Part shown: in pieces, positions 27,963 through 38,893 of the stretch
Position numbering within the stretch: position 1 is the stretch's first letter
Layout: every line of letters begins with the position of its first letter
NCBI GenBank assembly: GCA_963715865.1
Contig: OY970280.1
Span: 1,536,001 to 1,600,000, forward strand
From: Candidatus Bathyarchaeota archaeon
GTDB lineage: Archaea > Thermoproteota > Bathyarchaeia > Bathyarchaeales > Bathycorpusculaceae
DNA: 64,000 nt
Direction: 5' to 3'
Position numbers and translations under genes: made by a program
Notes under the pieces: generated by a model
Database searches by the model: none
What the model was told of the DNA's origin: nothing
Seen by the model: the letters and a program-made list of their open reading frames with translations, nothing else

Positions 27963-28466
27963 ATGCCTACAAAACAAAGAAGATACGCCCTGAAAACGAA
28001 AGAAGCAAAACAAATTCTAACCGAAGCATCGAAAAACCTGAAACTCGACATAGAAGCGCTCTTTGGTTCTAAAGTAAACGTGGAAGTTGTTGAATCTGAC
28101 GTAGGCGCAGTTTACCTCATCGGCGGAAAACCACTACTCTTCAAAGCAGACGGCAAAATTCTGCCCACGCTGCTTTTCACCGAGTTCACGGCTCAAGCGC
28201 CAAAAATAGTGGTTGACATGGGCGCCGTCCCTTACGTTTGCAAAGGCGCAGACGTTATGGCGCCAGGCATAGTGCGCATTGAAGGAGAATTCAGCAAAGG
28301 TGACCTCGTCCTCGTAGTGGATATGAAGTTTGGCAAAGCGTTGGCTTTAGGCGAAAGCCTCTACGATGCTGAAGCGGCAAAACAAACCAAGAAAGGACCA
28401 GTAGTTAAAACGCTACATTATGTAAGCGACAAAATCTGGAACTATACCAAAACACTGACTGAATAA
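27963..28466 (+). CDS. Pre-PUA plus PUA domain RNA-binding protein (MCT-1/DUF1947-like)
   Basis: VVDMGAVPYVCKGADVMAPGIV, GKALALG, LHYVSDKIW. Confidence 0.88.
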   Translation: MPTKQRRYALKTKEAKQILTEASKNLKLDIEALFGSKVNVEVVESDVGAVYLIGGKPLLFKADGKILPTLLFTEFTAQAPKIVVDMGAVPYVCKGADVMAPGIVRIEGEFSKGDLVLVVDMKFGKALALGESLYDAEAAKQTKKGPVVKTLHYVSDKIWNYTKTLTE

Positions 28467-28506
28467 TTAATGGTTTTTTGCAGCCGATCAAGCTTAAAAT
28501 GGTTTT

Positions 28507-29000
28507 TTAACTTTGCATCTTATTTTTTAATCCTTCTCTTATGTTACCAATCTGTTCGGTTGTAAGATTCGCTATCTCTTTTTCAACCTCTTGCACAAAT
28601 TTACGTGCGGAATCTACATTGTTTTTGATTTCCATTGGGCTAAATTCTCTCGCTACATAATATTGGATGTCTATTCTCGTTTGCTTGGCTTTTACTATAT
28701 CATCAATTAAGTTCTTATTAAGAAAGCCATTTTCCGAAAGGTACTTTGCCAAATTAATTGTGCAGTCATGTATCTCAGACTTGACTCCTATTTTCATAAG
28801 TAATCCGTATAATGCAAAGTATCTAGCGTAGTAGGCTGTGGTGGCTATCCAATCGGTTTCTTTAATTTGAAGCGCTGCTGTCATGGTGTTTAAGGCGCTT
28901 ATTGATTTTTTAGATAGGCTTTTGTAAGATTTTCGTTTGGTTCAATTATGCGGATGCCATGTTTTTGTTTAAAGCACCAGCTTAGGTCGTTATCTTTCAA
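28507..29000 (-). pseudogene. HEPN-domain protein interrupted by a frameshift at an A6 tract (28906-28911); either a pseudogene or a -1 recoded gene
   Basis: TTG 29000 frame gives MKDNDLSWCFKQKHGIRIIEPNENLTKAYLKNQ-stop; the -1 frame continues KKSISALNTM...AYYARYFALYGLLMKIG..SEIHDCT...RIDIQYY. Confidence 0.8.
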
Positions 29001-29598
29001 TATGGTTTCTCCATAGCATGGTTACAAACGGGTCAGGATTACATAGTACAATGTGGTCTCTAACTATTTCCTTAATTAAAATATCGCCTGTTCGTAAGCC
29101 AATGTTAAAGTTTTCTGTTGAAACGTTTTTTATGTTTATTTTCTTACCATAAATAGTTTCAAACTTCTTGATATGCAACAACTGTTTTTCTGGGATTTTG
29201 CCGATGTAGAATAGGTCTATGTCGCTTTCCTCATTGGCGTAGTCTTTTACGTAACTTCCGAATAAGATAAGCGGGTTTATTACGTCTACGTTGTTTAGAT
29301 GCTCAGTAAGTTTTCGTATTAGAAAATTTTTCTCTAAATAGTTTAACGTGACAAGTTGTTCTGCGGTTGTAAGATAGTATTTTGTTAGAATGTTTTCTTT
29401 GTTAAGTGTGTACTGTTTGTTTCTTCCCACCATTGTAGAGTGAAGAATTTTGAGTTCTTCAAGACGGGCTAGGTAAGGCAGCAAGGTCATGTGGCTGGTA
29501 CTCAGGAGCTTTCCAATAGCCCTCGCATGAAGACTTATTGCATAATTACTTCTATAAAGAGTTAATATTTTATAATATATGGCAGGTTTTTCTTCCAT
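28990..29598 (-). CDS. wHTH plus minimal nucleotidyltransferase (MNT); partner of the HEPN gene
   Basis: LILFGSYVKDYANEESDIDLFYIG (GS...DxD motif); N-terminal HTH. Confidence 0.9.
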   Translation of the reverse strand: MEEKPAIYYKILTLYRSNYAISLHARAIGKLLSTSHMTLLPYLARLEELKILHSTMVGRNKQYTLNKENILTKYYLTTAEQLVTLNYLEKNFLIRKLTEHLNNVDVINPLILFGSYVKDYANEESDIDLFYIGKIPEKQLLHIKKFETIYGKKINIKNVSTENFNIGLRTGDILIKEIVRDHIVLCNPDPFVTMLWRNHIER

Positions 29599-29669
29599 AT
29601 GGAAGTAAATACTTCCAAGTAGCTATTAAATCTTACTCCGACTCGTTAGCTTCCTTACACCTATGCAGC

Positions 29670-29720
29670 CAACAGCAACAAAAAAGCAACATAACCAACC
29701 AAAAAATAACAAAACAAAAG
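29670..29720 (-). terminator. U-rich tract probably ending the 16S transcript
   Basis: Minus strand reads CTTTTGTTTTGTTATTTTTTGGTTGGTTATGTTGCTTTTTTGTTG, just beyond the 3' processing arm. Confidence 0.4.
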
Positions 29721-29753
29721 AGATGAAACCCTTTTTGACTATGATTGCTGTTT

Positions 29754-31445
<1,692 letters not shown>

Positions 31446-31617
31446 TCAGACCTAACTGAGCAATTAATCAGGTCCACATTCGTGTCCCCGCAATTGGAGG
31501 CCAACTCCGTCATTCCTGTAAGGCGAATTCGCCGTTTCGGTATGGGTTGAGCCGCCGCCATGTGAAAATTGCGGGGCTAGCAATTATAGCTGAATTCTAT
31601 CAGAAGCGAATTCAACT

Positions 31618-31627
31618 GATATAAACA
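31618..31627 (-). promoter_or_regulatory. Probable TATA box of the 16S transcript
   Basis: GTTTATATCA on the minus strand about 300 nt upstream of the mature 5' end, just above a GC-rich structured leader. Confidence 0.45.
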
Positions 31628-32134
31628 TTCCGTTATGGGAGAAATAAATGTTGCCTTACATGCTTCTACCGTAGCCTTACTATGCGTAACCTAGACCTCT
31701 ATCTTCTAAGGGTTATTTTTAACCATATATTTTGGCTTAAAACGTAAAAAGGGGCATTTGACTCTTAGCTTTGTTTTGTAAAATGGGTCTTTTCGGTTGC
31801 TGCCTGCTGTTTTTTTGACTGCTCAGATTTTCGTCCTTTTCAGACTTATGAAAAACAAAAAATGCTCATAAGAGAGAAACAGAAAATCAGGAAAAATTTC
31901 CTTTTTAGCTTGTTTGTTTACACCAACCCATTATTCCTCAACAACTTTAGAGAAACCTGTCTACATTCCTTAGTGACTTTTGCGTTTCACTGGATGAAAT
32001 ATCGAAAAAACAATATACTTTTCATGTCAATATCAAAAATAAAATTACTAGATAAAAGAAGATTTGGGGTCAATTATGAATTTATTCCTTGAGACAAAAA
32101 TTGCTGATAAATACACAAGCCCTTCTCAAAAAAA

Positions 32135-33091
32135 TTAGATGCTAACTCGAAATGCCCAATGCATGTACGCTCTAAAATCCCCTGAAAGCACCAAAGAAGG
32201 CTCAACATAACAATGAAGGCTACATTTCCTGCAATTTTTTATCTTTTCCCAGTCAAATTCAGAAACAGCATTTTTAATACTAGTTTCAAAAATAGAAACG
32301 CTGCTCGCATAATCATTGTGAACATAGCAAGGCAAAACTACATTCCCATTAGGATCAATGTTAACCATCGCCCACGGTTTGCACCGCCAGTTTTTCTCTT
32401 TAGCCATCACTTTCAAGTAACCGATTGAATTGACAATGGGGTAACCTTCTCGTTTCATTTCAATAAGTGTGTGGGCTATTTTCGATATTTTATCAGTAGC
32501 AGGTGAAGATGCATTGATATTACAATACTCGTGAGCTACGGCTATGGATATTCTTGTACCTAATTCTTTTGCTAGCTTTACCATGCTTTCTATCTCATCA
32601 ATATTCTCAGCCATTATTGTCGTGTTGATCGTTACAGCAACTTTTTCTTCAGCCGCACTTATGCCGCGTACCGCTTTTCTAAAGCATCCGCCAACTCCTC
32701 TAATAGCATCATGAGTTTTCTCTAGGCCATCTAACGAAACATAAACAACACCGTTAATGTATGGCGATATCTCATCTATCTTGGATTCAAGAAGCGTTCC
32801 ATTAGTGATAAGACTTGTATGCAAGGGCAAAGACCTAGAAAAAGCGAGAATCTTAGCCAAATCCTTTCTTAGCAAAGGTTCCCCGCCTTCAAACGCGATT
32901 CCGCAGGCTCCCGAATTATAAACCTGTTTCAGAATTGCTTTTTCCTGTTCAAGGCTTGAATCCTGGCTGGGTCTTTTCCAGAATGGGCACATTTTGCATC
33001 GGAGATTGCAGTTGTAGGTCAATTTATGTCCGCAAAACAGAGGAGCCTTAACGTCGAATAAGTTTGAGATAAAGCCACGATAGATTCTCAT
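32135..33091 (-). CDS. Radical SAM protein (PTO1314-family-like) with a C-terminal Cys cluster
   Basis: GHKLTYNCNLRCKMCPFW (CxxxCxxC), FEGGEPLLR, ITNG, SLDG; C-terminal CKPW...PCY...CRKCSLHCY. Confidence 0.85.
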   Translation of the reverse strand: MRIYRGFISNLFDVKAPLFCGHKLTYNCNLRCKMCPFWKRPSQDSSLEQEKAILKQVYNSGACGIAFEGGEPLLRKDLAKILAFSRSLPLHTSLITNGTLLESKIDEISPYINGVVYVSLDGLEKTHDAIRGVGGCFRKAVRGISAAEEKVAVTINTTIMAENIDEIESMVKLAKELGTRISIAVAHEYCNINASSPATDKISKIAHTLIEMKREGYPIVNSIGYLKVMAKEKNWRCKPWAMVNIDPNGNVVLPCYVHNDYASSVSIFETSIKNAVSEFDWEKIKNCRKCSLHCYVEPSLVLSGDFRAYMHWAFRVSI

Positions 33092-33241
33092 CCCTAGCCA
33101 AAATGTCTCTATGTAATGGCGAATGTTTTTTTCTTCCCCATAATAGTTGGAAACCCGTCCCCATCCTCCAAGATCAATTCACATAGATAAAAACAAGTAC
33201 TTTTCTTTTTTGTTTCTTGAGAAGGGGGAATTTTGCTTTCT

Positions 33242-33379
33242 TTATTCTTCTTTCTTGAGTCCTTTCTTTATTCCCTTCCCAAGGTCATTTACGGCTTTAG
33301 CACCTTTCTTGATGCCTTTGCCGACTGCTTCTCCAGTTTTTTCAGCAGCATTTTCAACTTTTTTCTTCTCTTCAGGCAC
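33242..33379 (-). CDS. Small Lys/Gly/Ala-rich amphipathic protein (45 aa), not in the ORF track
   Basis: GTG start behind GGTGA: MPEEKKKVENAAEKTGEAVGKGIKKGAKAVNDLGKGIKKGLKKEE. Confidence 0.65.
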   Translation of the reverse strand: MPEEKKKVENAAEKTGEAVGKGIKKGAKAVNDLGKGIKKGLKKEE

Positions 33380-33721
33380 TCCATCACCTTTCATCTAAAG
33401 GTCGTTTATTGCAGAATTAAGTGTGTGTGACTGTGAAGTCACAACAACATCTGAATATCAACCGAGGTTTTGCTTATATAATGGCTTATGCATAAGCGGA
33501 ATTGAACTTTCCATGACAATATAGTTCAAAAGTTCTAGTGCGATTAACGCTTTTGAACCCGCCACGTCGATTACGTAGAATTTGGGGTCAGGAGTTTCTA
33601 AGTTGTGTAGTCTTTTATTACTGCTTTGGCTGAATTTTCTTTAACTGATGCTATTCCTTTTGGCATCCCTCTTTTGATTCATAAGCTCCACTTTCCTTTA
33701 CTCTCGTAGTTTTGGGCGCTG

Positions 33722-34432
33722 AGTCAGAACCTGAATTTTCCACCAACATCTTTGAATATAGCAGCCGCTCTGTTGCTGTGGACCTACAGCTACACAAGTT
33801 TAATAGTCATTCGTACTCCTATGTAACTTAACAGGTGCAGCTCTTGAGTAATCTGATTATTGGAAATATGACTTTGACGAGTCTGCTTGTAACCATAATT
33901 GGCTTGATTATTCTGTGGATAATAGTCTCAATACCCGTGTGGTTAGCTGGCAAAGCAGTAACAGGCGGAAAAGCCACTTTTGGCGACGCTATGATTGCTA
34001 CGCTGTTTGGCCCAATAGTTTACGCTATCACATTGATTATAGTGGATTACTTTCTGGGAGCGCTAATCGGCTCAACGGCATACATAATCGCACTAATTTT
34101 AGCCCTCATAGCCTGGATATGGGTCTACAAAGCAAGCTTCAAAACGGGCTGGCTGGCCGGCATCGGAATAGCCATACTGGCATGGATAATCTTCGTCGTA
34201 ATAAGCATAATATTTGGAGCCCTCTTTGGTATAGTAGTTCCAGGAACATTCTTCCCCCACATCTAAAACCACAGCAAACACTAAACAGACTTCACATAGA
34301 TGTCATAAACGCCAAAACAAAAAACAAGAATCAGATAGCGGATGCTTAGTCAGAACCTGAATTTTCCAACCGCATCTTTGAGTGTAGCAACCGCTCTGTT
34401 ACTGTGGGGCTACAGCCACACAAGTTTAATAG
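33722..34432 (+). repeat. 85-bp direct repeat (33722-33806 and 34348-34432; 10 mismatches), each copy upstream of a small membrane-protein gene
   Basis: Both copies start AGTCAGAACCTGAATTTTCC and end CACAAGTTTAATAG. Confidence 0.85.
33868..34266 (+). CDS. Small multi-pass membrane protein
   Basis: Four hydrophobic helices; ATG at 33868. Confidence 0.75.
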   Translation: MTLTSLLVTIIGLIILWIIVSIPVWLAGKAVTGGKATFGDAMIATLFGPIVYAITLIIVDYFLGALIGSTAYIIALILALIAWIWVYKASFKTGWLAGIGIAILAWIIFVVISIIFGALFGIVVPGTFFPHI

Positions 34433-34473
34433 CCCTTTTATACTCCTATAGCTCGATTGAGGAGTTGCAGATT

Positions 34474-34800
34474 TTGGGCGCGATAGATCAAGTATTTCAT
34501 TTTATTACTTCTGGAAGCATAGGTGGTTTGCCACCAATTGTCTTAATGGTAATAATATTCGTCATCGGATTGATCGTGGGCTATCTAATCCATTTATTCC
34601 TAAAGATTGCCATTATAGCTGCAATTATACTCTTCGTGGTTGCCTACTTTGGCTTTTTCGGTTTGAGTCTTAGCGCGTTGAAAGATCTGGCAGCCCAATA
34701 CGGTTCCATTGTATATCAATACGGAGTACTCATCATAGGCATGCTACCGCTAGGCATCGGATTCATAGTAGGTCTAATCATCGGCTTCATATTCGCGTAA
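34474..34800 (+). CDS. Small multi-pass membrane protein
   Basis: TTG at 34474 behind GAGGAG; Gly/Ile-rich TM helices. Confidence 0.7.
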   Translation: MGAIDQVFHFITSGSIGGLPPIVLMVIIFVIGLIVGYLIHLFLKIAIIAAIILFVVAYFGFFGLSLSALKDLAAQYGSIVYQYGVLIIGMLPLGIGFIVGLIIGFIFA

Positions 34801-35070
34801 ACTGAACATCCCTCGGGGTCAAAGCGTAGAGAACAATCGATGACTAATGGTGAAATTACTACTTTAACACACGCCTCAAAATTTTTCCAGCCGTATTTCA
34901 AATAAGTCCTGCGCACGCTGCTTCAGCAGCAATTTTTATCCTTTTAGCACAAGTGGAAACCTTCAAACTCAGAACAACACAACCATTCGAAAAGCGAAGC
35001 TATTTGTATACTTTGCGAAAATGACCTAAAACTTAAATATAAATTGGTACAAGAAATACGGGAGTTGAAA

Positions 35071-35856
35071 ATGTCCAACGACGAAGACACGGTCCTCCTG
35101 CTTGGTTTGGGTTTAAGTCTTAATCAGGCAAGGGTTTACCTAGCAATACTTCAACTGCAAAAAACTACGGCGGGACAGATAGCGAAATTTTCAAAAGTGC
35201 GCAGGGAAGACGTCTATAGAATTCTGCCGACACTCGAAAAAATGGGCCTGATTGAAAAATTGCTGGGCAAACCATCTAAGATTCGGGCTACTCCTATTTC
35301 GGATGCCTTAAGCTTCCTGGTGTCGGAAGAAAAAAAGAGATTTGATGAACGGTTGTCGGGTATGAGGAGTACGGTCAAGAGGCTGTCCCTCAAAGATTGG
35401 AAGCAGCCGCTTCCTGAAGAAGAAAGCATCTACATACTGATAGCGGAAAAGAAAGCGATTTTGGCTAAGACTTCAGGACTGATTAGAAATTCGAGAAAAG
35501 AAGTCGCGTTAATTGCAAACAAGGAAAGAATCATACTGATTCTGTCTCAGTTATCAGATGAATACAAGCAGGCAATAAAGAACGGTGCTCAGATTCGACT
35601 GATCTTTGAAGGGGGCAGCACCGACATTTTGCTTAAAGAAAAAGTGCAAAAACTCATCGATGGCGCTTCGGTTCACGTCAAGTTTCATCGTAAACCTTTG
35701 AATCACTTCATAATGTCTGATGATACAGAAGCATTGATTACCGGCTCCAAAGAAACTGGATTAGGCGAAAGCCCTTCTCTTTGGACAAACAACAGCAACC
35801 TTATAGGCGTACTAAGAACAAGTTTTGAATCTGACTGGAAAAAAGCTGAAGACTAA
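35071..35856 (+). CDS. TrmB-family transcriptional regulator
   Basis: LGLSLNQARVYLAILQL, AGQIAKFSKVRREDVYRILPTLEKMGLIEK; C-terminal effector domain. Confidence 0.88.
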   Translation: MSNDEDTVLLLGLGLSLNQARVYLAILQLQKTTAGQIAKFSKVRREDVYRILPTLEKMGLIEKLLGKPSKIRATPISDALSFLVSEEKKRFDERLSGMRSTVKRLSLKDWKQPLPEEESIYILIAEKKAILAKTSGLIRNSRKEVALIANKERIILILSQLSDEYKQAIKNGAQIRLIFEGGSTDILLKEKVQKLIDGASVHVKFHRKPLNHFIMSDDTEALITGSKETGLGESPSLWTNNSNLIGVLRTSFESDWKKAED

Positions 35857-36038
35857 CCTGAGAATCTCGTTTCTCTTGTGGTTTCAAGTTCCAAATTCTT
35901 TATAGCAGTTAGACTGATTAGCGCAGGCATAACCGCCAGAATGTCGGTGTGGGCTCACATTCACATACGCTTAACTCAATTAATGACCATTAATAGGGTA
36001 GTCCAAATTATGAGCGTAGAAAGGAGGGATAGACAAGT

Positions 36039-36329
36039 ATGAGAACTAGAGAGTTTATAAATAGAAGTGTGTTTGCGTTAGACGAAAAAATCGGCACAGT
36101 CAAAAGTATAGAAGTAGATCCGGAAGAGTGGAAAATAACTCATCTTGAAATCGAATTGAAAAAGGAGATAGCTGAATCAGTGCTTGGCGTAAAGAAAGGT
36201 GGAGTACGAAACATGCTGGCCGTTTCATCCCTAGAGAAAGGGGTTGCCCGCTGGACAGACAATGGATTGCACTTAAAAGTTTCAAAAGATCAGCTTCACA
36301 TGTACCTAAGACCAGTAGTTAACACTTAG
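36039..36329 (+). CDS. PRC-barrel domain protein
   Basis: KIGTVKSIEVDPEEWKITHLEI. Confidence 0.8.
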   Translation: MRTREFINRSVFALDEKIGTVKSIEVDPEEWKITHLEIELKKEIAESVLGVKKGGVRNMLAVSSLEKGVARWTDNGLHLKVSKDQLHMYLRPVVNT

Positions 36330-36343
36330 TTGGAGAGTTTGCT

Positions 36344-36502
36344 ATGAATACGTTGTTGACGATTGCTATTATTATTGTGATACTTTGGTTAGTTGGCTTC
36401 TTTGCTTTGCCAGGCGTAGGCTCGCTGATACATATACTGCTTGTGATTGCCGTAATCTTAGTAGTCATTTGGCTGTTGACCGGCAAAAAGCTGTGGAAAT
36501 AA
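36344..36502 (+). CDS. lmo0937/DUF5670-like small membrane protein (52 aa), not in the ORF track
   Basis: MNTLLTIAIIIVILWLVGFFALPGVGSLIHILLVIAVILVVIWLLTGKKLWK; LWLxG...GxLIHILLVIA pattern. Confidence 0.8.
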   Translation: MNTLLTIAIIIVILWLVGFFALPGVGSLIHILLVIAVILVVIWLLTGKKLWK

Positions 36503-36912
36503 ACCACGCTCCATTCTTGGAAACAAAAGAAAAAGTTGAGAGTGTACCGATTATCCTTCTTTTTTCAAGTTATTTGCCCTTCTTTTTCTTTTCCAAAATT
36601 GTTTTTCTAACATGACCCTGATTTTAAGGACAAGTACATTCATGTTGTTAGCGCGCATGTTTTTTCTTCGCAAAGCGCGCGATCATGTTCATGATGCTGA
36701 GCCGGACTTTCTAGACTCTCTAATCAGCAATAGCGCATTCTCCATTCGATTAGAGTATGCTCTTGCAGTAAATAGGCGAAAAAATCCTTATTATGACGCT
36801 TTCCACGCAGCTCGGATTACACCATACCTAAAGTATGCGCAGCCGAAGAATTGTTATCATATATTTTGGACTATCCTCAGTTGAAGGTACTCTTGCTGAG
36901 TCATGGAAGCGA

Positions 36913-37320
36913 TCATTTAGGAGCATCAGACGCATTAGGAGCATTTGGGGCACTAGCATACCCGGTTGAAAACGGTGCTTGGAATTTGCCAATGTTCTCT
37001 CTGATGATTCCGTAGGCCTTTTCAGCTTCGGAGTTAGGCAAGTCGCCCAAGGCTAGCGGCTCTCCACCGAGCCTAAGAGTACATTTGATAGTTGACCGCA
37101 GTATCCCCTTATCCAACACCACGTTAGCTATGTCCCTGTAATTGTAATCAGTATAATCCTTCTTCAAACCAAGCGCGTGAGGATGCCGCAGAATCATACG
37201 TTCGTTCGTAAAGACTACAGAGTCAATATTAATCTGAGGATGGTAGATTTTCTGTTTAATATATAACTCAACTTTCTCGTTTGGACCAAGAATTTTCGCT
37301 ATATCATCAGGAGCATCCAT
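36913..37320 (-). CDS. Bacterial-type PH domain protein
   Basis: ATG at 37320; DSVVFTNERMIL, DYNYRDIANVVLDKGILRSTI. Confidence 0.75.
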   Translation of the reverse strand: MDAPDDIAKILGPNEKVELYIKQKIYHPQINIDSVVFTNERMILRHPHALGLKKDYTDYNYRDIANVVLDKGILRSTIKCTLRLGGEPLALGDLPNSEAEKAYGIIRENIGKFQAPFSTGYASAPNAPNASDAPK

Positions 37321-37665
37321 AACTTTCAACCAACTTAGCATTCCTAAATATACAATTATGACCAGATGAGGGGATAAATAGCTATGTGACTGTGAGGCTA
37401 CATCGACAAGCGAACCATGAATCATTTCCTCACCGTTTCAACGTGTTCCGCATAGCCTGCAAGATTTCTTTGTATGCACAAGCCAGAATCAAAGAAAAAA
37501 AGGGCATGATAAAACCATTCCAATAAGCCGCAAAAAAAGTACATGCTCTCTCAACCTACCTCCTACCCTCTTTTTGCTGTCTGATTTTACGAACTAAAAG
37601 CCTGCCGGGTGTTTCTTATAGTAAATCCTGCGTCAACGCCAATGGATAAACTGAAAATTATTTCG

Positions 37666-38013
37666 TTAGATTGTGTAGTTGTCGCCTGTTTTGTTTTCTT
37701 CCGTCACATAAAAAGTGGAGCAAAGCTTGCAAAAATCAAGTGTTACCTCGTCCCAAGTTGTTTCTTGGTTTGCAAGTTGTTTAGCGGTTTTCTTGGCTTC
37801 TGCTTGGATTCTGGGTAGGATGTCGTTGAATTGTTCGGTGCCTTTGATTGCGCGTTTGGAGTTTATGTATTGGCTTACTGCAGCTTGGGTTGTTTTAAGT
37901 TTCTTCGCCACTTCAACCTGTGTTAAATGGTAAGTGTTAACGAGTTCTTTAGCGACAAGGGACCTGAAGACGGGAAGCACGAATTTTCCTATGGTTTCGC
38001 ATCGAGCACTCAT
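37666..38013 (-). CDS. Archaeal HTH transcriptional regulator
   Basis: CETIGKFVLPVFRSLVAKEL, LTQVEVAKKLKTTQAAVSQY; ATG at 38013. Confidence 0.8.
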   Translation of the reverse strand: MSARCETIGKFVLPVFRSLVAKELVNTYHLTQVEVAKKLKTTQAAVSQYINSKRAIKGTEQFNDILPRIQAEAKKTAKQLANQETTWDEVTLDFCKLCSTFYVTEENKTGDNYTI

Positions 38014-38112
38014 TTTTGATTCTGAGGGTATAACAGCATTATACTTAATAAATTGAATGGCAATATTCAAAAGAAAGTCACTACAGTGCTTTTCCATTGG
38101 AGGAGCGGCTTA

Positions 38113-38286
38113 ATGATTTACTTAGGGTTTAAAGAAAACAAAAGACCCGAACTTATAGAATCCGATGTTATGCCCACAAAAGAAACCCATCCTCAATACG
38201 ATTTTATTTATGGCCCTTTTAAAACAAGAGAGGAAGCCTCAAGATACGTTAAAGCAATGACTGGGCTAGCTTGCGGCGAGGGCTAA
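38113..38286 (+). CDS. Small hypothetical protein (57 aa)
   Basis: ATG behind GGAGCGG; contains a SPOR-like YGPFKTREEA motif. Confidence 0.55.
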   Translation: MIYLGFKENKRPELIESDVMPTKETHPQYDFIYGPFKTREEASRYVKAMTGLACGEG

Positions 38287-38596
38287 ACAGCCATTGAAGC
38301 AACTTCCAGGTGTTTTTGACTATAGTTGAGGTTTTTTAACCTAGATTTTAGTCACAACTATTGCTGCGTTCTTAGTTCAGCAGAGATGTTAAATGGCACC
38401 GAGACAACATTTAGTATTTGACTAACAGGTGCCGAAACAACATTCAGCTTTAGTCAAAAACGTTTGATCATTAAATTTTGGAGTTTCAGGTTTATTAATA
38501 AAAAATTTGCTTTTAATTTAGTAAGGGTAGTTCGGTATAGCCTTGCACGAGGGGTTTATATGATACGTTTGACATCTATTGTATTACAGTGATTCC

Positions 38597-38890
38597 TTGT
38601 CCGAAACGATTAGCCTAAGGCTGCCCCGTGAAACAGCCAAGAAACTTCGTGAAATAGCCAACAAAGAAGGAAAAGACAGGTCAACTTTGATACGCGAATT
38701 GCTAGAACATGGAGTTAAAGAAAAGAGCTTAGAGCAGGCTGTTGAGCTCTATCGAGCAGGCCAAGTTACTGGTTGGAAGGCAGCTCAACTAGCTGGCGTT
38801 TCCCTATGGAATTTCTACAAGATACTAGCTGAGAAGGGAGTCCTCATCCAGTATTCCGAGCAGGATTTGGAAGAAGACCTCAAGTCTTAA
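38597..38890 (+). CDS. RHH plus UPF0175-family antitoxin-like protein
   Basis: ISLRLPRE...DRSTLIRELL; AVELYRAGQVTGWKAAQLAGVSLWNF. Confidence 0.82.
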   Translation: MSETISLRLPRETAKKLREIANKEGKDRSTLIRELLEHGVKEKSLEQAVELYRAGQVTGWKAAQLAGVSLWNFYKILAEKGVLIQYSEQDLEEDLKS

Positions 38891-38893
38891 CGG

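Noticed and set aside
31862-32092. 76-aa ORF in AT-rich intergenic DNA
   Set aside because: No SD, no motif, F/K/N-biased composition typical of non-coding AT-rich sequence.
33370-33395. GGTGATGGAGT resembling the start of a fluoride (crcB) riboswitch
   Set aside because: The pairing partner and downstream consensus are absent; the sequence is explained as the SD and start of the 45-aa ORF.
33460-33690. Possible frameshifted ORF remnant (MNQKRDAKG... / ETPDPKFYVIDVAGSK...) and a TTGAACT/AGTTCAA dyad
   Set aside because: No recognisable family; cannot be distinguished from chance without a search.
36612-36884. 90-aa plus-strand ORF
   Set aside because: No SD or motif and atypical composition; not supported as a gene.
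37425-37565. Strong GGAGGT on the minus strand followed by 37-43-codon ORFs
   Set aside because: Two competing short frames, neither with recognisable features; left uncalled.
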